64,000 nucleotides of DNA from Macrostomum lignano (taxonomy: Eukaryota). Below are positions 37,056-48,761 of the stretch, piece by piece. The DNA lies in the NCBI GenBank assembly GCA_002269645.1, contig NIVC01000815.1, positions 237,902 to 301,901 on the forward strand, read 5' to 3'. The position numbers and the translations under genes are program-made. Within the stretch, counting starts at the first letter, position 1, and each line of letters starts with the position of its first letter. Under the pieces are notes generated by a model, which saw only the letters and a program-made list of their open reading frames with translations, searched no databases and was not told where the DNA came from.

Positions 37056-37501
37056 TGATTTATGACGGGGGCCCCCACCTCAGCCCGCAACCTCTGGGGC
37101 GGCGCCAGGCGATTGTAGGCGTTTTTGAAAAAAAGCTAGCTGGGCGCGGACTATCAAACTGATTTACGACTGGCTAGCGGCCTCCAAGTCAAGCCAAGCC
37201 AGGAATATAAATACACATTTTTACCAATGCTGCATTGAGAATGTTATATTAAATCAAATTGTAATTCATTTAGCTGTCGGCGGCTCCCCCAGCCCGATGT
37301 GCGCCGTCTCTCTAAGCTTTTTCAATCTCTTTAATGCTATCATTGCGAGCATTTTGAGCTGCACAAAAGCTTGTATACACGCAGTCTGACAGTCAGCGAT
37401 ATTTTAACTTGGCTATTGAAACACAGCAAGCGGGAGTTGGTCGGTGGGTTTGGGTCGGCCAGCGGCTGCTGCCAAGCTTTAGCTGGGGTAGTCATAAATC
37501 T
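37056..37501. promoter_or_regulatory. Three posterior-class PBX-HOX composite sites plus a MEIS site upstream of Hox1
   Basis: TGATTTATGAC (37056-37066, +), TGATTTACGAC (37160-37170, +), AGATTTATGAC (37501-37491, -) and TGACAG (37387-37392). Confidence 0.55.
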
Positions 37502-37694
37502 CTGCCGACTGCCGCTTTTTTGTTCGCTTCCTCTGCCGCCGTGGTGCGAACAGCAAGGGCCACGGATACCCGGCCTTCAGGCCTTGCGGGGCTGTGCGAG
37601 TGCTGCATGGCCTGTGCGTTGCATTTAAAGAAAGTGTTGTGCATGCTCTAACTAACCTTTGCTCCATTTACAATATTTTATTGGTTCTTATCAA

Positions 37695-38163
<469 letters not shown>

Positions 38164-38552
38164 AGCGAAGAGAGGAAAGCGGGAAAGGCAGGGTGAGGTG
38201 ACGGTTGACAGTTTTCCGAAGATCAGAGAGTCCCGCCGCCCTGCAGCAGCACCGCTGTCATCCGCCCTTCCACCCCATCATGTTAGCCCCTCTCCCAGCT
38301 TCCTCTATTGTTGTGTCCAGCCGCAGCCCCCAGCGGCAGGCTTCCGTCTCTCCCACAGCTGTCTGAACAGGCCCCATATGGGGGGGGGGTAGCCCAGCTA
38401 ATTCAGCATCAAAAGTCAGAAGGCCAAATGGCGCCAAAAAAGTCTCTGTCAGGAGCGGAAACTCTGAAACTGTGCTCTGGGGAGGCTGCTGAGCGCTGAT
38501 GGGGCTTCATCAGAAACCGATACTCCCACAGAGTCCCGGCGTCCGTGTCAAC

Positions 38553-38587
<35 letters not shown>

Positions 38588-38834
38588 CATTATTTGTTGA
38601 TTGGCGCAGCAGCGGGGGGGGGAGGTTGGCGGCATCTATTGAAGTCAAAAAGTCAGTTATTGGCTTTTAGGGTGACTCCGTGAGTTGCACAATGCGGCGC
38701 GGGGCAATTCAATTGATATCTGAGACTGCCGAGTTGATTAAGTACAGATGCGGGAAGCATAGGGGGTTGAGCTTCATTCGTTAAACCGCAAAATAACTCT
38801 GAGTAGAGTAAGTGGTGTGTAGGTTGAATTGAGA

Positions 38835-40795
38835 GGCGGATAGATGAGTGGATAGATGATCGACAGATAAGAGATAGATGAGCGGATAGATGATCGATAG
38901 ATAAGGGATAGATGAGCGGATAGATGAGGGATAGATGAGCGGCTAGATGAGCGGCTAGATGAGGGATAGATGAGCGGCTAGATGAGGGGATAGATGAGCG
39001 GCTAGATGAGCGGCTAGATGAGGGATAGATGAGCAGATAAATGGGCGGATGAGCAGATAGATGAGCGGGTAGATGAGGGATAGATGAGCGGATGAGCAAG
39101 TAGATGAGGGATAGATGAGCGGATGAGCGAGTAGATGAGCGGATAGATGAGGGGATAGATGAGCGGCTAGATGAGCGGCTAGATGAGGGATAGATGATCG
39201 ATAGATGAGCGGCTAGATGAGGGATAGATGAGCAGATAAATGAGCGGATGAGCAGATAGATGAGCGGGTAGATGAGGGATAGATGAGCGGATGAGCAAGT
39301 AGATGAGGGATAGATGAGCGGATGAGCGAGTAGATGAGGGATAGATGAGCGGATGAGCGAGTAGATGAGGGATAGATGAGCGGATGAGCGAGTAGATGAG
39401 GGATAGATGAGCGGATGAGCGAGTAGATGAGGGATAGATGAGCGGATGAGCGAGTAGATGAGGGATAGATGAGCGGATGAGCGAGTAGATGAGGGATAGA
39501 TGAGCGGATGAGCGAGTAGATGATGGATAGATGAGCGGATGAGCGAGTAGATGAGGGATGGATGAGCGGATGAGCAAGTAGATGAGGGATAGATGAGCGG
39601 ATGAGCAAGTAGATGAGGGATAGATAAGCGGATGAGCAAGTAGATGAGGGATAGATGAGCGGATGAGCAAGTAGATGAGGGATAGATGAGCGGATGAGCA
39701 AGTAGATGAGGGATAGATGAGCGGATGAGCGAGTAGATGAGGGATAGATGAGCGGATGAGCAAGTAGATGAGGGATAGATGAGCGGATGAGCAAGTAGAT
39801 GAGGGATAGATGAGCGGATGAGCGAGTAGATGAGGGATAGATGAGCGGATGAGCGAGTAGATGAGGGATGGATGAGCGGATGAGCGAGTAGATGAGGGAT
39901 AGATGAGCGGATGAGCGAGTAGATGAGGGATAGATGAGCGGATGAGCAAGTAGATGAGGGATAGATGAGCGGATGAGCGAGTAGATGAGGGATAGATGAG
40001 CGGATGAGCGAGTAGATGAGGGATAGATGAGCGGATGAGCGAGTAGATGAGGGATAGATGAGCGGATGAGCGAGTAGATGAGGGATAGATGAGCGGATGA
40101 GCGAGTAGATGAGGGATAGATGAGCGGATGAGCGAGTAGATGAGGGATAGATGAGCGGATGAGCGAGTAGATGATGGATAGATGAGCGGATGAGCGAGTA
40201 GATGAGGGATGGATGAGCGGATGAGCAAGTAGATGAGGGATAGATGAGCGGATGAGCAAGTAGATGAGGGATAGATAAGCGGATGAGCAAGTAGATGAGG
40301 GATAGATGAGCGGATGAGCAAGTAGATGAGGGATAGATGAGCGGATGAGCAAGTAGATGAGGGATAGATGAGCGGATGAGCGAGTAGATGAGGGATAGAT
40401 GAGCGGATGAGCAAGTAGATGAGGGATAGATGAGCGGATGAGCAAGTAGATGAGGGATAGATGAGCGGATGAGCGAGTAGATGAGGGATAGATGAGCGGA
40501 TGAGCGAGTAGATGAGGGATGGATGAGCGGATGAGCGAGTAGATGAGGGATAGATGAGCGGATGAGCGAGTAGATGAGGGATAGATGAGCGGATGAGCAA
40601 GTAGATGAGGGATAGATGAGCGGATGAGCGAGTAGATGAGGGATAGATGAGCGGATGAGCGAGTAGATGAGGGATAGATGAGCGGATGAGCGAGTAGATG
40701 AGGGATAGATGAGCGGATGAGCAAGTAGATGAGGGATGGATGAGCGGATGAGCAAGTAGATGAGGGATAGATGAGCGGATGAGCGGATAGATCAG
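38835..40795. repeat. Minisatellite, 31-bp unit (GTAGATGAGGGATAGATGAGCGGATGAGCGA)
   Basis: Direct inspection; explains the 473-700-aa minus-strand ORFs. Confidence 0.97.
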
Positions 40796-41749
40796 GATAG
40801 ATGCGTTGATGTGGGTAATATTAAGAATGATCTGTTAGGCGAATATTTTAAATCTGTTTGTTGCAAATATCGCAGGAAGAAGCGATGACTTTCGGGATTT
40901 GAAGTTTAAAAAATAATGCCAAATTAATTGAAGAATGGCGTGCCCGGGAAGGATTGAAAACGGTAGCAGTCGTGCAGTCCCTGTCGGATCAGAGCAGCCG
41001 CCAATGCATGTACGAAGGGATGCCTCAGTGCTTGTATGAAATATGAAAGCAACGGATATCTGGCCAGACGATCTCAGCCTTATCACCTCTGATTTCTAAT
41101 TGAGCCGGCCGTGCAGTTTGCTGATCCCCGCTAAATCCCAAATCCCATTCATACATGCGGATAGAAGGAGTCAGACGGGAAGCAGGGCAAAAAAAGTTGT
41201 TGCTTCAGTTAGAAATCTTTTACTGATAGTGAGGGGAATCGAAATAGAGGATTAAGCGATTGCTGCTTCTGCGTGTGCTGCTCTGGCCCGGTTTATCTGT
41301 CGCTAACTCTGACGCGTGAGACTCAAACGATGATCAATCTGCTGGGGCATCGGCAACCGGAGATCAACATGCTGCTCGGCGCGGGAGCTGAGCTGTCACC
41401 GAACTGTGTCAGCATGCAGGTCTCTGCGCCCTGACACGCAAATGTTGATTGCTATGAAACCTTTTAAAAAAACGTTTTTTTAATGAAGAAACTGTTCGAA
41501 CTCGGACTTGAATTTGTTTTTTTCTTTTGAACTGGAGCTCTCGATTTTGGTCACTAAAATGTTGAAAGCTCGTTTGAGATTCCAATAATTAGATAAATAA
41601 TAACTCTGGTGTTGTCCGGGGTTAACATCCGGTGTATGGAGGTCGTGTGCTTGCCATACTACCTGTCTGTTTAACAGTAGCGAGTACAGAGCTTTTTTTA
41701 GAAGTGGAGCTTAATTTTAGACCTATCAGAGCTGTTATAATAAAGCTGG

Positions 41750-42648
41750 GTGAATGGGAAAAGGGGTAGGGGTAAATGGGTGAAGGGGTGAATGAGTGAA
41801 TGGGTGAATGGGTGAAGGGGTGAATGGGTGAATGAGTGAGTGGTTAAAAAAATGAAGGGTTAAGGGTGAAGGGGTGAAGGGTGAAGGGGTGAAGGGGTGA
41901 ATGTGTGAAGCGGTGAAGGCGTGGAGGGGTGGAGGGAGGAGGGGATAAATAGGTGAGAGGGGAAGGTGTGAGACTGGGTGAAGGTGTGACTGGGTGAAGG
42001 TGTGACTGGGTGAAGGTGTGACTGGGTGAAGGTGTGACTGGGTGAAGGTGTGACTGGGTGAAGGTGTGACTGGGTGAAGGTGTGACTGGGTGAAGGTGTG
42101 ACTGGGTGAAGGTGTGACTGGGTGAAGGTGTGACTGGGTGAAGGTGTGACTGGGTGAAGGTGTGACTGGGTGAAGGTGTGACTGGGTGAAGGTGTGACTG
42201 GGTGAAGGTGTGACTGGGTGAAGGTGTGACTGGGTGAAGGTGTGACTGGGTGAAGGTGTGACTGGGTGAAGGTGTGACTGGGTGAAGGTGTGACTGGGTG
42301 AAGGTGTGACTGGGTGAAGGTGTGACTGGGTGAAGGTGTGACTGGGTGAAGGTGTGACTGGGTGAAGGTGTGACTGGGTGAAGGTGTGACTGGGTGAAGG
42401 TGTGACTGGGTGAAGGTGTGACTGGGTGAAGGTGTGACTGGGTGAAGGTGTGACTGGGTGAAGGTGTGACTGGGTGAAGGTGTGACTGGGTGAAGGTGTG
42501 ACTGGGTGAAGGTGTGACTGAGTGAAGGTGTGACTGAGTGAAGGTGTGACTGAGTGAAGGTGTGACTGAGTGAAGGTGTGACTGAGTGAAGGTGTGACTG
42601 AGTGAAGGTGTGACTGAGTGAAGGTGTGACTGAGTGAAGGTGTGACTG
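41750..42648. repeat. Minisatellite, 16-bp unit (GACTGGGTGAAGGTGT), with a degenerate GGGTGAA left edge and a GACTGAGTG variant block at the right end
   Basis: Direct inspection. Confidence 0.97.
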
Positions 42649-43287
42649 TCATCTGATTTGCTATGCGTTGGAACCTTTGGTTCAAAAACTTGCTAAAAAC
42701 TCGCATAGTTTTTCTTTTAAGAGGTAAGAATTCCTACGAGCCGTATTTTTAAGGATGAATATAGCCATCCTTTATATGGTTAATATTTTCTGTGGCAATT
42801 TCTTTCTACACTACTACTAGTAAGAGACTTCGCTAATTCTATTACTATTTTGAGAGTAATAAAGCAAGTGAAATCAAAGACAGTGGAGGCTGGTTCCGCT
42901 GCATTGTAAGACAATGGAAACCCCTCGAAAAGAGCCCTTTGTTAGGCGCTGATAGTGTAATTGTAAAAAATGAATCAGGCGATGCATTTGCTATTTAGCT
43001 GCTAGAAGGGGTTTTGCGTAGCATGATGAGTCAGGTGTGTGAGAGGCTGTGCGAGCGCAGAGCTGGTGTAAAGTCAGCTTCCTCACAAAAATGATTTCAT
43101 CAACAAGAAGCGGGTTTTTATTGAATTCAGGAAATGGGGATTATGAGGGAAAATAAAAAAATGCACTAAATTATTTTTTGCCTATTTCATTGAGTTAGGA
43201 ACGTAAAAATGAGACAAAAACACACAGAGGAATTTAAATCATTTCAGCATTCTGAGAGAAAAAGCAGAATTCAGTTTTTTTTCTGAT

Positions 43288-44235
43288 ATAGTCAGAGAGA
43301 GGAGAGTCAGAGAGAGGAGAGTCAGAGAGAGGAGAGTCAGAGAGAGGAGAGTCAGAGAAAGAGGAGAGTCAGAGAGAGGAGAGTCAGAGAGAGGAGAGTC
43401 AGAGAGAGGAGAGTCAGAGAGAGGAGAGTCAGAGAGAGGAGAGTCAGAGAGAGGAGAGTCAGAGAAAGAGGAGAGTCAGAGAGAGGAGAGTCAGAGAGAG
43501 GAGAGTCAGAGAGAGGAGAGTCAGAGAAAGAGGAGAGTCAGAGAGAGGAGAGTCAGAGAAAGAGGAGAGTCAGAGAGAGGAGAGTCAGAGAGAGGAGAGT
43601 CAGGGAAAAGGAGAGTTAGAGAGAGGAGAGTCAGGGAAAAGGAGAGTCAGAGAGAGGAGAGTCAGAGAGAGGAGAGTCAGAGAGAGGAGAGTCAGAGAGA
43701 GGAGAGTCGGAGAGAGGAGAGTCAGAGAGAGGAGAGTCAGAGAGAGGAGAGTCAGAGAGAGGAGAGTCGGAGAGAGGAGAGTCAGAGAAAGAGGAGAGTC
43801 AGAGAGAGGAGAGTCAGAGAAAGAGGAGAGTCAGAGAGAGGAGAGTCAGAGAGAGGAGAGTCAGGGAAAAGGAGAGTTAGAGAGAGGAGAGTCAGGGAAA
43901 AGGAGAGTCAGAGAGAGGAGAGTCAGAGAGAGGAGAGTCAGAGAGAGGAGAGTCAGAGAGAGGAGAGTCAGAGAGAGGAGAGTCAGAGAGAGGAGAGTCA
44001 GAGAGAGGAGAGTCAGAGAGAGGAGAGTCAGAGAGAGGAGAGTCAGAGAAAGAGGAGAGTCAGAGAGAGGAGAGTCAGAGAGAGGAGAGTCAGAGAGAGG
44101 AGAGTCAGAGAGAGGAGAGTCAGAGAGAGGAGAGTCAGAGAGAGGATAGTCAGAGAGAGGAGAGTCAGAGAGAGGGAGAGACAGGGAGAGGGAGAGTCAG
44201 GGAAAAGGGGAGTAGGGAGAAGGAGAGTCAGGGAG
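43288..44235. repeat. Polypurine minisatellite, 15-bp unit (GAGTCAGAGAGAGGA)
   Basis: Direct inspection. Confidence 0.97.
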
Positions 44236-45270
44236 AGGGAGAAACTGGAAGAGTGAGAGTCAGAGAGAAGGGGAAGCAGATAAGGAGAGTGAAGAGAGTG
44301 AGAAACAGGGGAGAGAAAGACGCCAGGAGCCTGTAGTAGGGATTAGCAGAGGAAGATGAAGAGAGGCAGAGTGAGAAGGCGAGCTGAGAGAGCTGGAGAA
44401 GGAAGACAATGGAGCAGCATGTGGAGAGCTTTATGAAATGAAAAGCTGTAGTGAATGAGGCTTGCAGCAGATTTGGAAAAGCAAGTTTAACACCATAAAC
44501 TATAAACAAAGTGCGGTTGCGACAGTGAATGGGGTGCAATGTCACTAAGGTTTAGACTTTTGTTAGCTAATTAATCATTTTCGGATTTTTTTTGACAATA
44601 ACCTGTCCACGAGCGAATGACAAATGCGAGCGACTTGAAAAGGTCAGACGAGAGAGGAAGAGACCGATGATGGAGCCCGGAGGTTTTGCATTGAGCAGGC
44701 AGCTTGCGGGGCTGGCGTCAGCAACTATACCCTATCGTTTCCCTTCCTACTTGCAGGATCCCGCTTTCTGTTTGTAAAATGCCGGCATTTCCATGCAGTT
44801 TTAGCTGCATTGTAGCAGTCCCGCAGTCTCTATCAGGGACCTCTGGATGCACCTGGACGCGAACTCGCTCAGCTTTTGATTAAGTTGAATCGATTTTTGC
44901 GTTTTTTGACTCATGCCTAGGAATGATATAAAAATTTATGCAAGTTATTTAGAGTTTTTATAAATTTCGTCGCATCATCTTATAAAATTTAGTAGTGGCT
45001 ACGTGCGTCCAGTCCAAATACATTTATTTCAAGGTCCCTGCTCTCCCTCAGTCTCTTGCTCTCTCTCTCTCATGATATTTCAGCGCAGCCGCACTGCTGC
45101 ACCGTGGGAACCAATGAAATTCATCCTACAGCACAGGGGGCTGATAGAGAGGCCACACGCTCAGGGCTATATACATGGATTAAGCACAGTCCTAGCTAGA
45201 CTACAGTTTAGTGGGTTTTTTGGTTTTTCGTTAACTTTGAAGCCCGGTTGATGCTCTCAGCTCAATCAAG

Positions 45271-46548
45271 ATGAGCAGCCGGAGATATCCGTACGCTTCG
45301 TCCGTGTCCTCGGCGGAGTCCAGAGACTACAGGCGGCACAGGCGGCGGCAGGCCAAGCAGCAGAAGCAACTGGCTCTGCCAGACAGCCCTTGCCAGCTGC
45401 AGCACCAGCGCCAGCACCAGACAGATGCCGCTCCTACTCACGAGGTTCACGTAAACTATGACGACCGGCTCTACCGGCTGACGGGACTTGAGCAGGCGGC
45501 CACGTGCCAGGATTTGATCTTCGCCCTGCTGTGGTTCCGCAGCTTGCACAGCAGGCGGAAACGCCAGCAGACTCAAAGCCAGATGGAGCGCCAGGAAGCT
45601 GAGCTCATGGCCGAGGCCGTCAAGCACGAGCTGGTGATCGACTTTCCAGGCAGAGTGAAGCGGGTTCGCGGCCACCTGCCGGTGCTGCGACTCCTGACTC
45701 ACCTGCGTCGGCGAGCGAACGGGCGGAGCTTCCAGCTGCGGGTTCGTCAGCGGCGATCGGTGGCGATGCTAGCCGCGGCTGCGGCCGCTTCCACAGCCGC
45801 TGAAGAGGAGGAGCGGTCGCTGGAGCTGCGCATTGTCGACTGGGGACCCGGCGACGAGCGGTGCGGACGGCATTGGCGCAATGAGCAGGCGGCGGCCGTG
45901 GCGGCGGCGGCGGTGACTAGGGGAGGCGCATCGACCAAGAACAGCAGCACCAGAAACGGCGGTGACGGCTGCGGCGGCGAAGACAGCGGTGGAGGCGGCG
46001 GAGGGCTGGACCCAGCCGACAAGGCCCTGATGCTGGAGTGGATGCGGAAGCTGAACTTCCCGGTCGATCGCTTTGACGGCAACGCCGACGAAAGCGGGGG
46101 CCGCGACGGTGACGGCGGCGGGTGCAGCGGCGGCAGAGTGAAAAGCCTTCAGGTCAGCTTTCGGCATCAGACGCGTCGACGCGTGTTTAAAGCGTCAGCT
46201 TTGCCACCCGACGTCGAGGACGATGATGACGAAGACTACGTAGAAGAAGACGACGTCGACGATGACGATGCGGACTTCGGCAAAGAAGAATTCCAAGGCG
46301 AGCAGCGGCGTCAGGCGCAGAGCAGTTGCTACTGCCTGCCAAGCGTCGTGGTTGCCGGCCGTCGAGACGACAGCAGCGACACCGGGGTCGACTGTCTGAC
46401 GCCGTCAGATTTAACTGGTACCGCTGGTGCCGCCGCCAGCGAGCTGACCGCCGTGAAAAGTTTGCCCGACAGTGAGAATGCGTGCCGAACTCAGTGCATT
46501 ATCGAATTGGATTGGCCGGATTTTGCCTACATCGCTACTCCCGTCTGA
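45271..46548 (+). CDS. Intronless Ras-association (ubiquitin-like) domain protein, N-terminal RASSF (RASSF7-10)-like, 425 aa
   Basis: EVHVNYDDRLYRLTGLEQAATCQDLIFALL resembles, from memory, the N-RASSF RA start (E.xVxVD..xR.V.G.T..TTCQ.V..AL). An insertion follows, then HELV…LPVLRLL…FQLRVR. The late DDSSDTG motif recalls the RASSF9/10 DSDTG tail. The ORF is GC-rich and uninterrupted. Confidence 0.75.
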   Translation: MSSRRYPYASSVSSAESRDYRRHRRRQAKQQKQLALPDSPCQLQHQRQHQTDAAPTHEVHVNYDDRLYRLTGLEQAATCQDLIFALLWFRSLHSRRKRQQTQSQMERQEAELMAEAVKHELVIDFPGRVKRVRGHLPVLRLLTHLRRRANGRSFQLRVRQRRSVAMLAAAAAASTAAEEEERSLELRIVDWGPGDERCGRHWRNEQAAAVAAAAVTRGGASTKNSSTRNGGDGCGGEDSGGGGGGLDPADKALMLEWMRKLNFPVDRFDGNADESGGRDGDGGGCSGGRVKSLQVSFRHQTRRRVFKASALPPDVEDDDDEDYVEEDDVDDDDADFGKEEFQGEQRRQAQSSCYCLPSVVVAGRRDDSSDTGVDCLTPSDLTGTAGAAASELTAVKSLPDSENACRTQCIIELDWPDFAYIATPV

Positions 46549-46699
46549 GGGCGTCGCATCACCGTCAACAGGCCCTTGTAATTATTGAATGGATTGTAAA
46601 TCGCTCAGCTCTTTCTGTACTTGCCCTCTTGAATAGTTAAATTGCTAATTTCACTTTCTGCGCGGTATTTTGATGTTGCATCGGTTCGGCTTGAGGCTG

Positions 46700-47515
46700 C
46701 AGGCATAGAGTGGGATTGAGTAGGGCATGGGGTAGAGTAGGCATAGAGTGGGGTTGAGTAGGGCATGGGGTAGAGTAGGCATGGAGTAGAGTAGACATAG
46801 AGTGGGTTAGAGTAGGGCATGGAGTAGAGTAGACAGAGAGTTTAATAGAGTAGACATAGAGTGGAGTGACTAGACAGAGTGGAGTAGAGTAGACAGTGGA
46901 GTAGAGTAGATATATAGTGGAGTAGAGTAGACAGAGTGGTGTATAGTAGACAGAGTGGTGTATAGTAGACAGAGTGGTGTATAGTAGACAGACTGGTGTA
47001 TAGTAGAAATATAGTGGAGTAGAGTAGACAGAGTGGAGTATAGTAGACAGAGTGGTGTATAGTAGACAGAGTGGTGTATATTAGACAGAGTGGTGTATAG
47101 TAGACAGAGTGGTGTATAGTAGACAGAGTGGTGTATAGTAGACAGAGTGGTGTATAGTAGACAGACTGGTGTATAGTAGACAGAGTGGTGTATAGTAGAA
47201 ATATAGTGGAGTAGAGTAGACAGAGTGGTGTATAGTAGACAGAGTGGTGTATAGTAGAAATATAGTGGAGTAGAGTAGACAGAGTGGTGTATAGTAGACA
47301 GAGTGGTGTATAGTAGACAGAGTGGTGTATAGTAGACAGACTGGTGTATAGTAGACAGAGTGGTGTATAGAAGACAGAGTGGTGTATAGTAGACAGAGTG
47401 GTGTAAAGTAGACAGAGTGGTGTATAGAAGACAGAGTGGTGTATAGTAGACAGAGTGGAGTAAAGTAGACAGAGTGGAGTAAAGTAGACAGAGTGGAGTA
47501 GAGTAACAGAGTGGC
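46700..47515. repeat. Minisatellite, 19-bp unit (TAGACAGAGTGGTGTATAG), with a diverged ~20-bp left part
   Basis: Direct inspection. Confidence 0.95.
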
Positions 47516-48761
47516 GTTTGCGTCAATTAGGATGATGAAGATTGTGGATATAAGAAGCTGGAACATAGATGTGGCTCAAGGCAGCACAATTATCTGAGCC
47601 GTACCTTCAAACCGAAGCATTGAGCCTCATTAAAAAAAACAATCAGTTTTCATCACCGCCTCATCCGTGATTTGTTTTCCATTTCTATTAGAACTAAGCC
47701 GCTACCTCCCTTTTCAGTCACTTTTCCTTCGCCTTATTGTCCCAATAAGTGTAAAAAAACCCAATAAATATTCTCTGTATTGAATAATCAGTCTATTAAT
47801 AACTATTAAAAATCTTTCCGAGTGAAACAGAAAACGGATTTATTCGAGTTTATTTGTCTCCAGATTCGGGATTCGTCTGATCGATAATGCATTGTCAATG
47901 AGTCAGAATGCTGCAGAGAGATATAGGTATAGGGGAGAGAGATGAGACGGTGACACAAAAACCATTTATTTTAGAGTATTCATTTTCAATATCCCATAGG
48001 TGATCAATCAGGCTCAATAGGGATTTGGCGATAAAGAATGAGCGAGTGCGGGGAGAAGGCAGAGCTTGAGCTGGGAAACTGACATCATTGATACAAAGAG
48101 AAGTCTGCACATGGCGGCTGCTCTCTACCAAAGAGGTCCGGAGTCAGAACTTGGAGTTGACGACTCTTCGCCAACACCTCAGCAACTCCAGCTTCTGCTT
48201 GTGGGCCTCCTTGGCCCAGGTGTCCAGGTGAGTTAGAGCTCAAGCCCATATAATCTGTTTCCTTGCTTTGACCGATGACCGGTCATAAGTCAACCTGAGG
48301 AGAGTTGGGGAGAAGGAAACGGTTTCGCGTGAGGGAGAGACCTGATAGGGAGGGAGAGACCGGATGCTTCGATCCTCCTCGGGGGCTCTCTGCCTCTCTG
48401 GTCGGCTGCTTTTTTGATCCTTGCTTGCATTTTTGTAGAGACGTCAGGCCTTAAAAAATCGCGGCTTCGCGTAACCAATACTTCATGTTTAAGAAGGTTT
48501 TGTTCGCCAGGCTAAGCAGCCTGGTAGCCAAAATAGCTAATTGAATTTTGCGCAGTTACAAATGCGTGAAAATATTTATAATTGTGCTTGGAGTCTCTAA
48601 TTTGTTCCATATAGCTGAGAGAGTTCAGGTGAGAACTCTAACTGAAGGGAGGGTTAACTGACTTTAGGTAATTCGTAAGTTATCAAGTATTTGAGTTAAA
48701 CAGAAAATATCCGCAAAATATTTTCCTGAATCGATTAAGTGCGGCAAAGTATAGTAGTGAG

